NCBI GenBank assembly: GCA_964016885.1
Contig: OZ024752.1
Span: 32,550,001 to 32,614,000, forward strand
DNA: 64,000 nt
Reading direction: 5' to 3'
Origin: Eledone cirrhosa
Taxonomy: Eukaryota
Translations under genes and position numbers: made by a program
Shown: piece by piece, positions 43,840 through 57,295 of the stretch
Position numbering within the stretch: position 1 is the first letter of the stretch
Layout: each line of letters opens with the position of its first letter
Notes under the pieces: generated by a model
The model's input: the letters and a program-made list of their open reading frames with translations, nothing else
Databases searched by the model: none
Told to the model about the DNA's origin: nothing

Positions 43840-44545
43840 CATTGGATTGGCAGTATCGGTAGAGGGTCGGACGCCATGCTTTGACGCATAGAGTTACGGC
43901 CCTTGCCATTCTGAGTTCAAATCCCGCCGAGGTTAACTTTGCCTTTCATCCTCACGGGGGCGATAAAATAAAGTACCAGTAATGTACTGAGGTAATTGTT
44001 GGCCTTGTGCCAATAGTAGAAACAATTATTACATTATTAGTAGGGTAGTGGATTGGCAGTATCGGTAGAGGGTCGGACGCGACGTTTTGCAGCATCGAAT
44101 CACGGCTCTTTAAGTTTTGTAGTTCAAATCCCGCCGAGGTTAACATGCCTTTTATCCTTACGAGGTCGATAAAATAAAGTACCAGTAATGCACTGGAATA
44201 ATTGCTGGCCTCGTGCCAAAAGTAGAAACAATTATTACATAAATAAATGAATGCGGTGGATTGGCAGTAATCGGTAGAGTGTCGGACACCCTGCTTCGCC
44301 CTTTGCGCCCTGATTTCAAATTCCGCCGAGTTTAGCTTTGCTTTTCATTCAAGGCCAACAATTTTGGGCGAGGGGAAAGTCGATTAAATCGTCCTCAATA
44401 CGTTACTGGTACTTTATTTTATCAATCCAGTAAGGATGAAAAATAAAGCTCACCTCGGCGGGATTTGAACTCAAAACGCAAAGGGACGCAACCATATACT
44501 ACAAAGCACCTTGTCCGACGCTCTACCGATACTGCCAATCCACCA
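43840..44545. mobile_element. SINE cluster (three plus, one minus)
   Basis: Major SINE family. Confidence 0.75.
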
Positions 44546-45727
44546 GCCTCGACAGATACATAATAATTAATGAAGGAGTAAGATTGGGGCAATTCTCAGT
44601 CCATAGACAACCAGAATGCTTCTATTTTATTCCTTTATTTATTCTTGTTTCTACCTGGAGTTGCGACCGACAGATAGTATTAGCAATTGGAAAGTCCAAA
44701 GGAAACATTGTTTCCTCGGTCCGATTTGACGAATGTCGATCGACTGTCGATTTATTCTTGTTCAGTAATAAATATGTCGAAAGTTCAAATCAAACTTGGT
44801 TATAAATTCAAACAGTAAACCGCCATATTAAATATCTTTCGGCATTAAAGTTTGTTCAACTATAATTTGATTTTGAATACCATTGAAGTCAATATTTGGG
44901 CATCATAATTTGTCCTGTAGGGGGCGAATTGGTAGTGCTGTTAGAACGTCGGATAAAGTATTTTATGTTATTCGTTCTAGCTCTTTACTCTCTGAGTTCA
45001 AATCCCACCGAGGTCAACTTTACCTTTCATCCACTCAAGGTCGATAAAAAAAGTACCAGTGTAGTACTGGGAGCAATTCTTCCTCTAAATCTCTTACTCA
45101 CTTCCATTTCTCTCACTTTCTATCTTTCTCTGGAATAAATCTGCTGTATTCGGACCTGGAGAGGATGGGCTCCACCATACTTTAAATACCCAAGAAACGC
45201 CGTATGTCAATATGGCGCCTCACAACGACTCGTTCAGGAATTACGGGACCATGCATGTAATCTGCCCTATATTGATTAAATCAGTATTGGTAATATATTA
45301 GGATATCAATTGAATTAATTATACCCATTAGCTTATTTACACATTTAAGGTTTTGTGCCATTGTAAATAACAATAATGTCACCATTTATACAGAGAGGGC
45401 AAATATCGATTTATGACACATATATAGAATCAGTTGTTTTGCACTTTTATGATCAGTGGTATTGATTAATGATATATGAACTTCACATCGATATGTGTTT
45501 ATATATAAATAGCAGATTTGAACTCAAGATATTCGCTCAGAAGGTTATCCATTCAAAAATAGCTTATAGTACTTTTCTAAATTAGTAGACAATCTTACCG
45601 AGTTTAAATATATTACATAGTAGTATTCTCGTTTTTTTTTTTTCAAAATTATAGATTCTCTCTCTCTCTAACAATATAAGATAATGTAAGCCTGACTTTA
45701 ACATTAGTACCTAAAGATTCTAATGTA

Positions 45728-46121
45728 CGAGGGCAATCCCAAAAGTAAGGTCTCCTTCCGATATTGCAACTTTTCCGTTAAAATCCTGTGGATGGTGCTT
45801 CGGGAAACCTCAGGAACCAAAATGCAGAGAGCATCCAGAGTGATCCGCCGATCTTTACCCATGTTTTCCTCGGAAGGAGACCTTACTTTTGGGATTGCCC
45901 TCGTATATAATAACTGCGCAAAATTCGCACTTGGCGGTAGCGTTCAAGGGGAGCTCCATTCTCAACGGCTGCCAAGCTTCGATTGAGCATCCCAGCGAAG
46001 CGCACGCATTCTTCTTTGGGAGTGAAGGAAGCACCAATCACAACAGTGTTGCCAACAGCCGTACGAACAGTTTCTCTGCGTCCCCATCGCTTTGGAGACC
46101 TTACTTTTGGGATTACCCTCG
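45728..46121 (-). mobile_element. Internally deleted mariner with three TIRs
   Basis: TIR cgagggcaatcccaaaagtaaggtctcc at 45728 (plus), 45876-45903 and 46094-46121 (minus), each with flanking TA. Minus-strand peptides MELPLNATAKCEFCAVI and ITLDALCILVPEVSRSTIHRILTEKLQYRK resemble the mariner N-terminal HTH region. Confidence 0.75.
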
Positions 46122-46984
46122 TAAATGTTATGAACATTGGCAAGCTGTAACTACGTATTTTGACTTCTGGTTTTATATTGGCATTTGTAAACGTTTCTGC
46201 TATGGCTACAAGGGGAACATTTGGTAAAAAGAGGGGTTGGTGATAGTCGAGTAAATCAGCACGAAATGTAAAGTGAAATTTGTCGGGATTTGAATGTGAA
46301 AGCTTAGCGTTATTTCGAAACTTAATACAGCAAAAGCTAAAATAGACTAGTTCGTTGAGAAGGTTTCTATGACAGGAACAAAACCCCATCAAAAGCTTGA
46401 CATGGAGTACCAACAAATTTATAACATCTTACTTTCGCGGTTACCTCCATGCAATCCAAGAACACGAAAAACTCATAAAATACCATCTACGGAAAGAAAT
46501 ATGTAAGATATCTATAGGTTGTGTTTTTCATTTTAAATTAAAATAAATTGTTTTACGAATCATAAAATTCTATGATCAACTTCCTGTTTCTGTAAGTGTT
46601 AAAATAGATGATGGATACAGTTTCCTCCATCGGAACAGAAGCCAGTGCTGGACTTACCTATAAGCTATAGCTTATACAACCTCGGAGACCAGAAAAAAAT
46701 ATTAAAAAAAATATATTATTTTATCTTTTATCATTAGTTCTTATTCTTTTACATTAAATCATTAAAAAAATACACACACACACATACATATATATAGGAG
46801 AGAATACATGAAAAGAACATGCTTTTTCAGTACAGGGTGTTTTTTATCACCAGAGTGAAAGACATATAAACTGCGAAAGGTACGGGAAAAACATAAACAT
46901 TAATAAAATTAAAAAAAGTACCTCCATAACTATGACCTAACTTACCTCTAATTTAATATTAGAGCTCAAGACACATTTTCTGAA

Positions 46985-47065
46985 ACACCTGCTGATGATC
47001 TATGGATAATGTGATCCTTGTAGTTGATTTAGTGAAACAATCCTACTATGGGGCTTTACAGGTGT
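46985..47065 (+). ncRNA. Hammerhead ribozyme candidate
   Basis: acacctg CTGATGA tcta...tagt GAAA caatcctactatggggct TTA caggtgt. Perfect 7-bp stem I; imperfect stem III. Confidence 0.55.
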
Positions 47066-47265
47066 CATATATATATTTTGAAGAGCCCGGAAAAATTTCC
47101 TTGAGCTCATTATATTACAAGGAACAACGTGAGTCCTTTACTCCGTTGCTTCATTTTATATATATATATATATATAGTAATAATAATAAATTTGAAGACT
47201 AAAATCCAAAGATTCTTTGCTTAAACTTTAATCTGTTATTTTAATAAATATATATATATATATAT

Positions 47266-47467
47266 AGTTTTAATATAGATGAGAATCTACAGGACTAGAA
47301 CTGTTTCATTCTTTAAAAATCATCAGGAATCTCAGATTCCTGATGATTTCTAAAGAATGAAACAGTTCTAGTCCTGTAGATTCTCATCTATATTAAAACT
47401 TTTATACTCTGCAATGTATTGAGTACCTTACTTACTGTGGTTACCTCCGACTCAACCCGGAATAACG

Positions 47468-47468
<1 letters not shown>
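47266..47468. mobile_element. Fold-back palindrome (47266-47400) of another pLTR family with mirror HHRs, plus a 3' tail, between (TA)n
   Basis: agattc CTGATGA tttc taaa gaat GAAA cag ttctagtc ctg TA gattct (47334-47384), with a mirror copy on the minus strand. Confidence 0.7.
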
Positions 47469-47499
<31 letters not shown>

Positions 47500-48171
47500 T
47501 ATAATTCATTCTTTATCATTAACATTAATATAAAAAATAATATTTTTTTATAAAAGTGCCTCAAATTTCATATAGCTTAGGGCCATCCCAGGTAAAAGTC
47601 CGGCCACGACGGAAAAGCTAATCTTATAGAATATATCTTCCTATAAAATCTCTCGTTCTTATTTCTGTCAACTAAGTGAAGCAATGAATCTCGGAGGTTC
47701 CTATCAGGGAAATGTAAAGACCAATTGGCTTTCTGTCTACGTGATCTCACGAAATAATCTGTTGCCAACAACATTTCATTACTTTTACAATATCATCATC
47801 ATTCTTCGACTACTGTCGAGATGATGGATCTCACTCTCATGCCCCAGAATTCCCTGTCCTCCATATAGTGTGGTTCCCTGAGGAACAGGAATCCTGGTGC
47901 AGTCAGTTGCGAAATCCATCATCTTTTCAAATAGCTAATAATGTGTGTGGGCGCCACTACTACACACATGTGAAAGAATTTGACAGCCAAGTCTTGAAGA
48001 AGGTGCTTTCTCCTCCGTGTGGTGGGTTACCCGGCGCCAGATACCAACCTGGCATTTATACTCTCGCCCTAATTGTTCGTGTTGCAAGCACTAGAGTAGT
48101 CGCTAACCAAAGCTACGGACCCACTCTATACGTTTACAATATATTATAGTCATGCTAAATAGACTGGCAAT

Positions 48172-50370
48172 ATTGGATTGGTAGTATCGGTAGAGGGCCG
48201 GCCGCTATGCAGCAAAGAGTTACGGCCCGTTATGGTCTGTGTTCAAATCTCGCCCACAGGTTAACTTTGCCTTTCGTCCTTACGGGGTCGATAAAATAAA
48301 GTATCAGTAATGTACCGGTATAATTGCTGGCCTTGTGCCAAAAATAGAAACAATTATTTTTACAATATATTATAGCCATGCTAAATATATTGGCCGTATT
48401 GGATTGGTAGTATCGGTAGAGTGTCGAATAACATGTTTTGCGGCATACAGTTACATCTCTTTACGTTCTGAGTTCGATTTCCCGCCGAGGTTAGCTTTGT
48501 CTTTCATCCTCATGGGGTCGATAAAATAAAGTAGCAGTATCCTACTGTGGTCAAATTAATCGATTTTCCCCTCCCCGCAAATTATTGGCCACGTGCCTAA
48601 ATCAGAAACCATTATATTCATGCTAAATAACAACATCCGACTTTTCACGTTTGTAAAAGATTAACACAACAAAATTCGAATCTGACCCTTTGGCAGGAAA
48701 ATAAACTCACTGAAGTTTTATTAATTTAAAGTGAAAACTTATAAAATACGTTTTCTGTTGATTACTTGAAACTGTGTATTATGTATATATATGTTTTCAA
48801 ATTAGTTACACAAATATATACACAAGCTCGTTCACATAGTTACACAAATATATACACAAGCTCGTGAACACACACGTACGATCACACAAACACACGTACG
48901 TACACACATAAATAGTTGAATGTAATTTTAAAATCTTAAAAACTAACAGCATATTATCTAACATGGCACACATTGTCAAAAACATTTTACAACACATAAT
49001 GGTATGGTATGGTATGGTATGTATGTATTGTTTCGTAACTACTAATGGAGTCCCTAGGAGCGTCGTAGTGGCATATAGTGGTTGTAGAACAATTTTAAAC
49101 TTGGCGGAGCCCATCTCTTCTGCAGGCCTGAATACAACAGATGCCTTCCAGAGAAGCATATAGGTATAGAGGAAGAATCAACCCCAGTAGTAGACTGGTA
49201 CTTTATTTAACGATCTCGAATGGATGAAAGACAAAGTTAACCTCGGCGAGATTTGAACTCAAAGAGCCGAAACGTAATAATTGTTTCTACTTTAGGCACA
49301 AGACCAGCAATTTGAAGGGGATGCGAAAGTCGATTAAATCGACCCCAGTGTGTTACTGGTACTTAATTTTATCGACCCTGTTAGGATGAAAAGCAAAGCT
49401 AACCTCGACAGGATGTTAACTCAGAACATAAAGGGCCGTAATTCTATGCCGCAAATCATGGTGCCCGATGTTCTAACGGTTACCGTCAATGATAACGGTT
49501 TCTACTTTAGGCACAAGGCCAGCAACTACCCAGTGCATTACTGGTACTTTATTTTTATCGACCCCGTAAGGATGAAAGGCAAAGTTAACCTCGGCGGGAT
49601 TTGAACTCAGAATGGCAAGGGCCGTAACTCTGCGTCAAAGCATGGCGTCCGACCCTCTACCGATACTGCCAATTCACCGCCCTCGATTGCCGTCAATAAT
49701 AATTGTTTCTACTTTAGGCACAAGGCCAGCAATTACCCAGTGCATTACGGTTTCTGATTTCGGCACAAGGCCAACAATATGGGGAGGGCGGGGCGGGGGG
49801 GGGGGTCGATTAGATCGATTAAATTGACTCCAGTGTCTTACAGGTACTCCATTTTATCGACCCCGTTAGCCTGAAAGGCAAAGCTAACCTCGACAGGATG
49901 TTAACTCAGAACGTAAAGGGCCGTAATTCTATGCCGCAAATCATGATGTCCAACGCTCTGCCGATTAATGCCAATAGTAATGATTTCTAGTATGGGCACA
50001 AGGCCAGTAATTTGGGGGAGAGGAAAGTCGATTAAATCGACCCCAGTGCATTACTGGTGCTTTATTTTATCGACCCCGGAAGGATAAAAAGGCAAAGCTA
50101 ACTTCGGCGGGATTTGAACTCAGAACGTAAAGAGACGTAACTCTATGCTGCAAAGCATAGTGTCTGATGCTCTACCGATACTGCCAATAATAATTGTTTC
50201 TACTTTAGGCACAAGGCCAGCAATTACTCAGTGCATTACTGGTACTTTATTTTATCGACCCCGTCAGGATGAAAGGCAAAGTCAACCTCGGCGGGATTTG
50301 AACTCAGATCGTAAAGGGACATAACCATGCTGGAAAGCATGGCGTCCGACCCTCTACCGATACTGCCGAT
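48172..50370. mobile_element. SINE clusters (two plus at 48172-48613; about six minus at 49180-50370)
   Basis: Major SINE family. Confidence 0.75.
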
Positions 50371-50598
50371 AATAAGAAGAATACAATATAAATGTAATTA
50401 AGATGACAATACATGCGAATCGTGAGATTATTTTAATTAGTTATTTACATTTAGATCCACGTGTCTGTAAAGCTTTAATGAAAGTCAGATTTCGTAATTA
50501 TTAATGAAATTCATTAAAGAAACTTATTAACGAACGCGTTAATGAAATCTATGGTGGCGTATCTACACATACGTCTGATTGTCTAATTATATCATATA

Positions 50599-51214
50599 CT
50601 AGCAGAATGGCCCGGCGTTGCTCGGGATTTGCTGTAGGGTTCTTATATATTTGATATATATTTATCCTTATCGAACCTCGTGAAATAAATACGTTTGTTT
50701 ATATTTTGTTATTGTGTATGCAAAAATATCTGTCCATAAATATATAATTATATATATATATATATATTAAAATAACATATTAATGTTTAAGCAAAGAATC
50801 GCTGCTTTCAACCTTAATGGGATCTTCTGAAACTAAAAAATCAATCTGGAAAACAGGAAGACGATACTTTGGTTCGTGAAGACGTTCCCTGGCATAAGAA
50901 TATATATACACACACACACTGATCGCGTCATAATGACGTAATGCAGACAGTCAGGCATACAGGCAGATATTATGAAGGCGCGACGTCATATCTATGTATC
51001 TATCTAAAAAGAGAAAGACTAAGAGAAAGAGAAAGAAATCGCTAAATCGCCTAATGCGGTCCCTAGGGCATCGAAAATTTGAATTATTTTTTGCTCAAAA
51101 CACTTCCGGGGTCATACGAGTTACATATATAAAATTTGAAAAAAACCGATTGGGTACTTCTCGAGTTTTAGGGAAACAGACACACAGACATCCTCTGTTT
51201 TATATATATATAGA
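50599..51214 (-). mobile_element. Non-autonomous Helitron related to 14227-15092, containing family-B HHR repeat sequence
   Basis: 5' TC at 51214-51213; 3' end cccgagcaacgccggg-ccattctg-CTAG; 50935-51200 aligns with 14815-15080. Confidence 0.7.
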
Positions 51215-51263
51215 TGTTTGTATTGAACTGTTAAATTTAGCAACGTGTGTGTGTATGTGTGAG

Positions 51264-51299
<36 letters not shown>

Positions 51300-51432
51300 T
51301 GTATATATATATATGTATACACATGTGTGTGTATATATATATACAAATGTGTGTGTATGTGTGTATATATATATATACAAATGTGTGTGTATGTGTGTAT
51401 ATATATATATATACATACATACACGCACACAC

Positions 51433-51513
<81 letters not shown>

Positions 51514-51959
51514 TTACACACACATTTGTATATTTTATATCGTATTTTGAAGGACATAGCGCCATTTTTTATAATGTTCCAACGGATATTTTATTCAATT
51601 ATATTAAAAGCTAAAACTAAAATGTTCTAAGGCAATTGTTCTAGCCTCGCTACCATTTATCTTTCTTTTAGCTTTTGCTTTCTTTTTTGTAAAATTTCAG
51701 CGTCTTTTCCAGGCTTGAAATATAGTATTGAATATGATAGATGTCAAGAAATGACAACGAAGCTTATAGCTTATCTCAACTCGACAGATCTAGCTCACAG
51801 TCAACTTAAATTATTGATCTCATGTTTAACCACCAAGTGGAGATATAATCGCTTCAATCAAATTCAAGATATGTTCCTTCTATTTTATTTTTCAGCAGCT
51901 GCCTGTAGAGATTAGGTCGTCAATGTGTACCTTTCAACTCTTCATATCTTCTTTAATTA

Positions 51960-52790
51960 TTCGGTAGAGGGTCGGACGCCATGCTTTCCAGCATAGTTAC
52001 GTCCCTTTACGATCTGAGTTCAAATCCCGCCGAGGTTAAACTTTGCCTTTCATCCTTACGGAATCGATAAAATCAGTAATGAACTGGGTAAAATCAGTAA
52101 TGAACTGGATAAAACCAGTAATGAACTGGGTAATTGCTGGCCTTGTGCCTAAAGTAGAAACAATTATTAAACTGATGTTTAAAAGGGTGGTGGGTTGGCA
52201 GTAATCGGTGGAGCATCGGACAGACAATGTGATTTGCAGCATGGAGTTACGTCCCTTTACGTTCTGAGTTCAAATCCTGCTGAGTTTAATTTTGCTTTTA
52301 ATCCTTAAGGGGTCGGTAAAATAAGTACCAGTAACGCACTGGGGTCGATTTAATATTGCTGGCCTTGTGTCGAAAGTAGAAACAATTATATTTTTTCGAT
52401 TTATAATTGGAGTTAGAAAAAGAATGGGTGAAATAAGGCGTAAATATCTTAATTTAACACCAACTCATTTGAAACATTCTAGTTCATTGAACCCGACCTA
52501 GTTTCGTGTTTAGTGGGTCATAAGAAACGCTCAGAAGAGCTGGACAGCAGAAGGACTTCAGAGAAGAAACCCTCCCCATTCTCCTTAAGCAAGTGTTTCG
52601 GCCTTTAACTTAAACGCTGTCCGAGAGTATGCTTATGATAATTGTTTCTACTTTTGGCACAAGGCCAGCAATTATCCCAATACTTTATTTTATCGACCCC
52701 GTAAGGATGAAAGGCAAAGTTAACCTCGGCGGGATTTGAACTCAGACTATAAAGGGCCGTAACTCTATGCTGCAAAGCATGGCGTCAAAC
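51960..52790. mobile_element. SINE cluster (two plus, one minus)
   Basis: Major SINE family. Confidence 0.72.
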
Positions 52791-53179
52791 CCTCATGATA
52801 ATGTGTAGATAAACAACGAGATGGAACTAAAGTAAAAATACACGAGGCATGCAAGATGGAATGTACATGCTCCATTATTCCTTTATTTGATTAAGAGGTC
52901 AATCATTATTGAAACAGAGAGTAAGGTGGGGAAAAAATCGATATTGATTCTTGAACCAAAAACAAGAAATTATTTTTCGTCTCTTGCTGAGAAAATACAA
53001 AAAAGAAAAGTTGATAAAGTTTTATAGAGGGAAAGAAAGAGAGAGGAGAGAGGAGAGAGAGCTACAGTCGGGGCAAGACTGGGAGGTGGGGGTGAGAGGG
53101 GGAGATAGAGAGAGAGGAAAGGAGATAAGAGCGGAGAGGAAGGGGAGAGGAAGCGAGGGAAAGGGAGAGGAAGCTAGGG

Positions 53180-53720
53180 GGAGAGGGAGTGAAGGGGAGA
53201 GGGAGCGAGGGGGAGAGTGAGCGAGGGAGCAAGGGGGAGAGGGAGCGAGGGAGGAATGGAAAGAGAGAGAGGGAGCGAGGGAGGAATGGAAAGAGAGAGA
53301 GGGAACGAGGGAGGAATGGAAAAAGAGAGAGGGGACGAGGGAGGAATGGAAAGAGAGAGGGGGAACGAGGGAGGAATGGAAAGAGAGAGAGGGAACGAGG
53401 GAGGAATGGAAAGAGAGAGGGGGAACGAGGGAGGAATGGAAAGAGAGAGGGGGAACGAGGGAGGAATGGAAAGAGAGAGGGGGAACGAGGGAGGAATGGA
53501 AAGAGAGAGGGGGAACGAGGGAGGAATGGAAAGAGAGAGGGGGAACGAGGGGGGAATGGAAAAAGAGAGAGGGAACGAGGGAGGAATGGAAAGAGAGAGA
53601 GGGAGAGCGAGGGAGGAATGGAAAGAGAGAGAGGGAACGAGGGAGGAATGGAGAGAGAGAGAGAGATAGAGATAGAGAGGGAACGAGGGAGGAATGGAAA
53701 GAGAGAGAGAGAGAGAGGAA
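53180..53720. repeat. 30-bp polypurine minisatellite gggaacgagggaggaatggaaagagagagr
   Basis: Direct inspection. Confidence 0.9.
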
Positions 53721-54159
53721 AGGAGTGAGGGAAATTCAAAATGTGGAAAAATGAATTCATTAAAAAATGAAATATGTATTTTTTAATAGTTTTGTTTTCA
53801 ATTTTTTTCTTTTCAGTGGCCATATTAAAATCAGTGAACAGAAAAGTCACAGTGCACAATTTGGGCTGATTAAAAATGTTGCACTTTTTTTTAATACCAT
53901 AAATAATAGTTAAAGTAATTAAACAAATAATGTTGAAAGCCGTTTATTAACTGACAATATGTGACTTTTACACAACGCCAACACAATCTATAGAATGTTT
54001 TTACACGAATGAGGAAAAAAAGAAGTGTTTCATATCATATTTAAATATAACAATCAAACCGAAATAATATTGAATCCATAATTTATTGCTGATCTCCTAA
54101 ACCCGATCATGACAGTATCTTCTAATGTACACGAGGCGATTCTGGGAGCAACGACTAAT

Positions 54160-54350
54160 CTTTTAGAGGTTGAGGTCACAAGGGCAATTTTAGAGCTGAA
54201 ATGTGGCAAGGCCGTTCAGGGAGGATGAAGTTCGACCCGAGATGTTTGTTAAAAACCTTAATTAAATAGAGAAGGTATTCTCTGGCTGACTTGTGTGTGT
54301 CAGGTGGTCTGGATCTCTGGAAAGGTATCGAGAAAGAAAAAGACAGAGGG
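54160..54350 (+). pseudogene. RTE-like RT N-terminal fragment (frameshifted)
   Basis: EVTRAILELKCGKA/GEDEVRPEM/EGILWLTCVCQVVWISGKV. Confidence 0.6.
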
Positions 54351-54759
54351 GGAAATAGAGCAACCCCACGACCCTCCAAGGAATAAGTGGGCGAAAAAAA
54401 GAAGAAAAAAAAGAAAATGTAAAAGAAAAAAAAAGAAAAAAGAAAAGAGAAAAGAGAAAAGAAGAAAAGGAAAAAGAGAAAAAAAAAGGAAAAAGAGAAA
54501 AGAAGAAAAGGAAAAAGAGAAAAGAAGAAAAGAGAAAAGAAGAAAAAAGAAAAAAGAAAAAAAGAAAAAAAGAAAAAAGAAAAAAGAAAAAAGAAAAAAG
54601 AAAAAAGAAAAAAGAGAAAAAGAAACCAAAAGAAAGGAAAAAAGAAAAAAGACAAAACGAAAAAGAAAGAGGAATTTATAGTTTCCTGTGAGTTTCTTAA
54701 TATTTTTTGACATTTTTCTTATTTGGCAACTTGTTCCTGAGAAGGTCTTGGGGGGCAGA

Positions 54760-54975
54760 GTCGTCAAACACTCCTTTCAGTGGGTTTTGTTAGAAGGAAC
54801 CGTCTCCAACTGATCCGACTGGATACCCAAGCGAAACCAGCCGAGCTCATGGATGTCATCGAACCATCTTGTTCGGGGTTTACCCTTCGGTCTCCTGTAC
54901 GTTATTTTTGCCCGTAAAATCTGTCCAGCGATTCTTTTCCAAGACATTCTAACCACATGCCCATAGTATCAGACA
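54760..54975 (-). pseudogene. RTE-like ORF C-terminal fragment
   Basis: RYYGHVVRMSWKRIAGQIL...RRPKGKPRTRWFDDI. Confidence 0.65.
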
Positions 54976-55264
54976 TTTTACAAGTATTCTTAAATACCTA
55001 ATCCTACAGTTAATTCTCAACAATTACCAACGACACACCACAGAGATGATGTGAAGTTTAGACATCGTTATTTATTATTTTCAAAACATTTACACTAAAT
55101 CAATATATTGCCGTATTCCCTACTTCATACCAGTTTATTTATTATGTAAATGAAACTGGTCGCTTCATCTTCAGTTAGAAATATAATTGATGTTTCAACA
55201 TGAAACTAATTCTCTAAAGTCACTTATTAGCAAGTTAGTTCTGGTGTACTTTATATTAACACAT

Positions 55265-55447
55265 GAAATTATATATCTAAACGGAACGAAATTATATATT
55301 AAAACGGAACGAAATTATTTAAACGGAACGAAATTATTTAAACAGAACGAAATTATATATTTAAACAGATCGCAATTATATATTCAAACGGAACGAAATT
55401 ATATATTTAAACGGAACGAAATTATATATTTAAACGGAACGAAATTA
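55265..55447. repeat. ~23-bp minisatellite aaacggaacgaaattatatattt
   Basis: About eight degenerate units. Confidence 0.8.
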
Positions 55448-55742
55448 GAGAAACATAAACAAACAAAAAAGGAAGTCAAAGATGAAAAAAAACATCACTA
55501 AAATTGATCACTAATAAATAACAACATCGGAATTACGAATCTATAGACGTCAAAAAGAAAAAGAAACATGATTGTAACAAACAACAAAAATAAAATTAAC
55601 TAAATTAATATCTTTAATTTTATAGTTTTTGTTGTTGTTTTTAAAACATCGATTGGTGAACTTTTAAGAAATATTTCTTTGTGTTCAAGGTGTTTTGTAA
55701 TTGTTATTATGTTGCATGGTTTAAACTTGGATGTCTTTTATA

Positions 55743-55805
55743 TTCCTGAAGATATGTAGAACAGCAGACTAATACTCAATTTGGACATTGAAACGTATGT
55801 AGAGG
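55743..55805 (+). ncRNA. Minimal hammerhead ribozyme candidate
   Basis: ttc CTGAAGA t atgt...acat t GAAAC gtat GTA gag. Confidence 0.55.
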
Positions 55806-55882
55806 TAAATTATGTTGTAAGTTTAAATTGGTTATTCACTCTTAATTTATTAATTACTATATGTGTGCGTGTACACACAAAC

Positions 55883-55919
<37 letters not shown>

Positions 55920-56020
55920 CACACACGATGCAAGTTTTGCATAACGTTGAGTGCTTTTTTTTATTGCATCATAATTTGCTAGTCGGAATGATCGGCATAA
56001 ATGTATAGATATACATACAT

Positions 56021-56087
<67 letters not shown>

Positions 56088-56175
56088 AAAAGTAAACGGA
56101 AACAACAAATTAAACGGAAACAGCACAGTTCAATGAGGAAATATATTAGTTTATTAACGCTGGATATAGTAGGAA

Positions 56176-56215
56176 AAGAGTTAACGTTTCAGACACTGAT
56201 CCTTCATCAGAAGAT
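56176..56215 (-). ncRNA. Minimal hammerhead-like motif (PLE pLTR remnant)
   Basis: Minus strand: ctt CTGATGA aggatcagtgtct GAAAC g TTA actc; stem I not clearly resolved. Confidence 0.45.
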
Positions 56216-57225
56216 AGAATGAGAAATAAAAGATGAAATAGAAAAATAGAGTGTGAGAAGAGGAAGAAACGGGAAAACATTTTTTAAAGAAAATACACGC
56301 GGGTATTTATATATTTAACGGATTTCGGATTTTAACGTTTTGAATATCAGAGATCAAGAATTTGTTTTTAAAATAAATATTTATGCTAAAACACGGCGTG
56401 TTTAAGAAAATTTAAGGCAAATATAACAGTAGAAGGAGGTGTAAATATTTAAGTATTTCCCTACACAGAAAATACGTTTTTTTTTCTGTGTACAAAGAGA
56501 TAGTTGCGACTGTTTACATTTAATAAACGGTTGATAAGTTTCAAAAAGCCGGTACAACGCGATAGAAATATATAAAGGGTAAAAGATGACAAATAAAATA
56601 AAACAAAGCAATGTTTTTACCTGGTATGCTGCAACATGATATTTCGGAGCTATGACCTTCTTTTCAAATGTGAAAGGGAAACGGTTCAAAACAAAAACGA
56701 ACGATCAATGAGTTCTTCCCTAACTGGTCTATGTTACTGAAAATCGCATGCGTGGAGTCGTTATAGTATTCAATTAGCTACTGTAATGACACCACGCATA
56801 CGTATTTCAGACACGTAGACCAGTTAAGAAAGACCTCATCTTTTCAAATTCAAAAACAATTAGTTGTATCTTTATTCTTATTTTACTTAAAGAAAAATAT
56901 GTATGTGAATTTTTAATTATAAACCGATTAAGATTAATGTATTTACAGCTTCATTATTTTTAAATTTATAAATATATTTCGTTAGCTTTTAAAGAGTCTA
57001 AATATATTTTCTTTCATTTTTTATTTATTTATCAGAAAATTAGACTTGAATTACGCGAATTTGCTTTACGCGTAAAAGGCAAACACGCTGCATTCTGAAT
57101 CTTTGATTAGTATACAAAGAGTTAGATGAGTTAGATAAAGTTTTTCCTATAATTTTAACAACTTACCTTGTCCTTTGAGTTCTTGAATTTAGTGAAGATC
57201 ATATTTCGTAAGCAATGCCAGCTTA

Positions 57226-57295
57226 CAGTGCTGGACTTACTTATAAGCTAAATAAACTATAGCTTAGGGTTTCAGCAAGTGAAAGTCCGACCCTG
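57226..57295. mobile_element. 70-bp hAT-like mini-MITE (related ends at 46643 and ~47608)
   Basis: cagtgctggactt ... aagtccgaccctg; TSD-like ccagctta / ccagcata. Confidence 0.5.

Noticed and set aside
47577-48149. Moderately complex segment as a host exon
   Set aside because: Only short ORFs with no recognisable domain and no supportable splice model; probably decayed repeat.
53062-54767. R/E/K-rich or F/S/L-rich ORFs (also 5449-6051)
   Set aside because: Translations of polypurine mini- and microsatellites.
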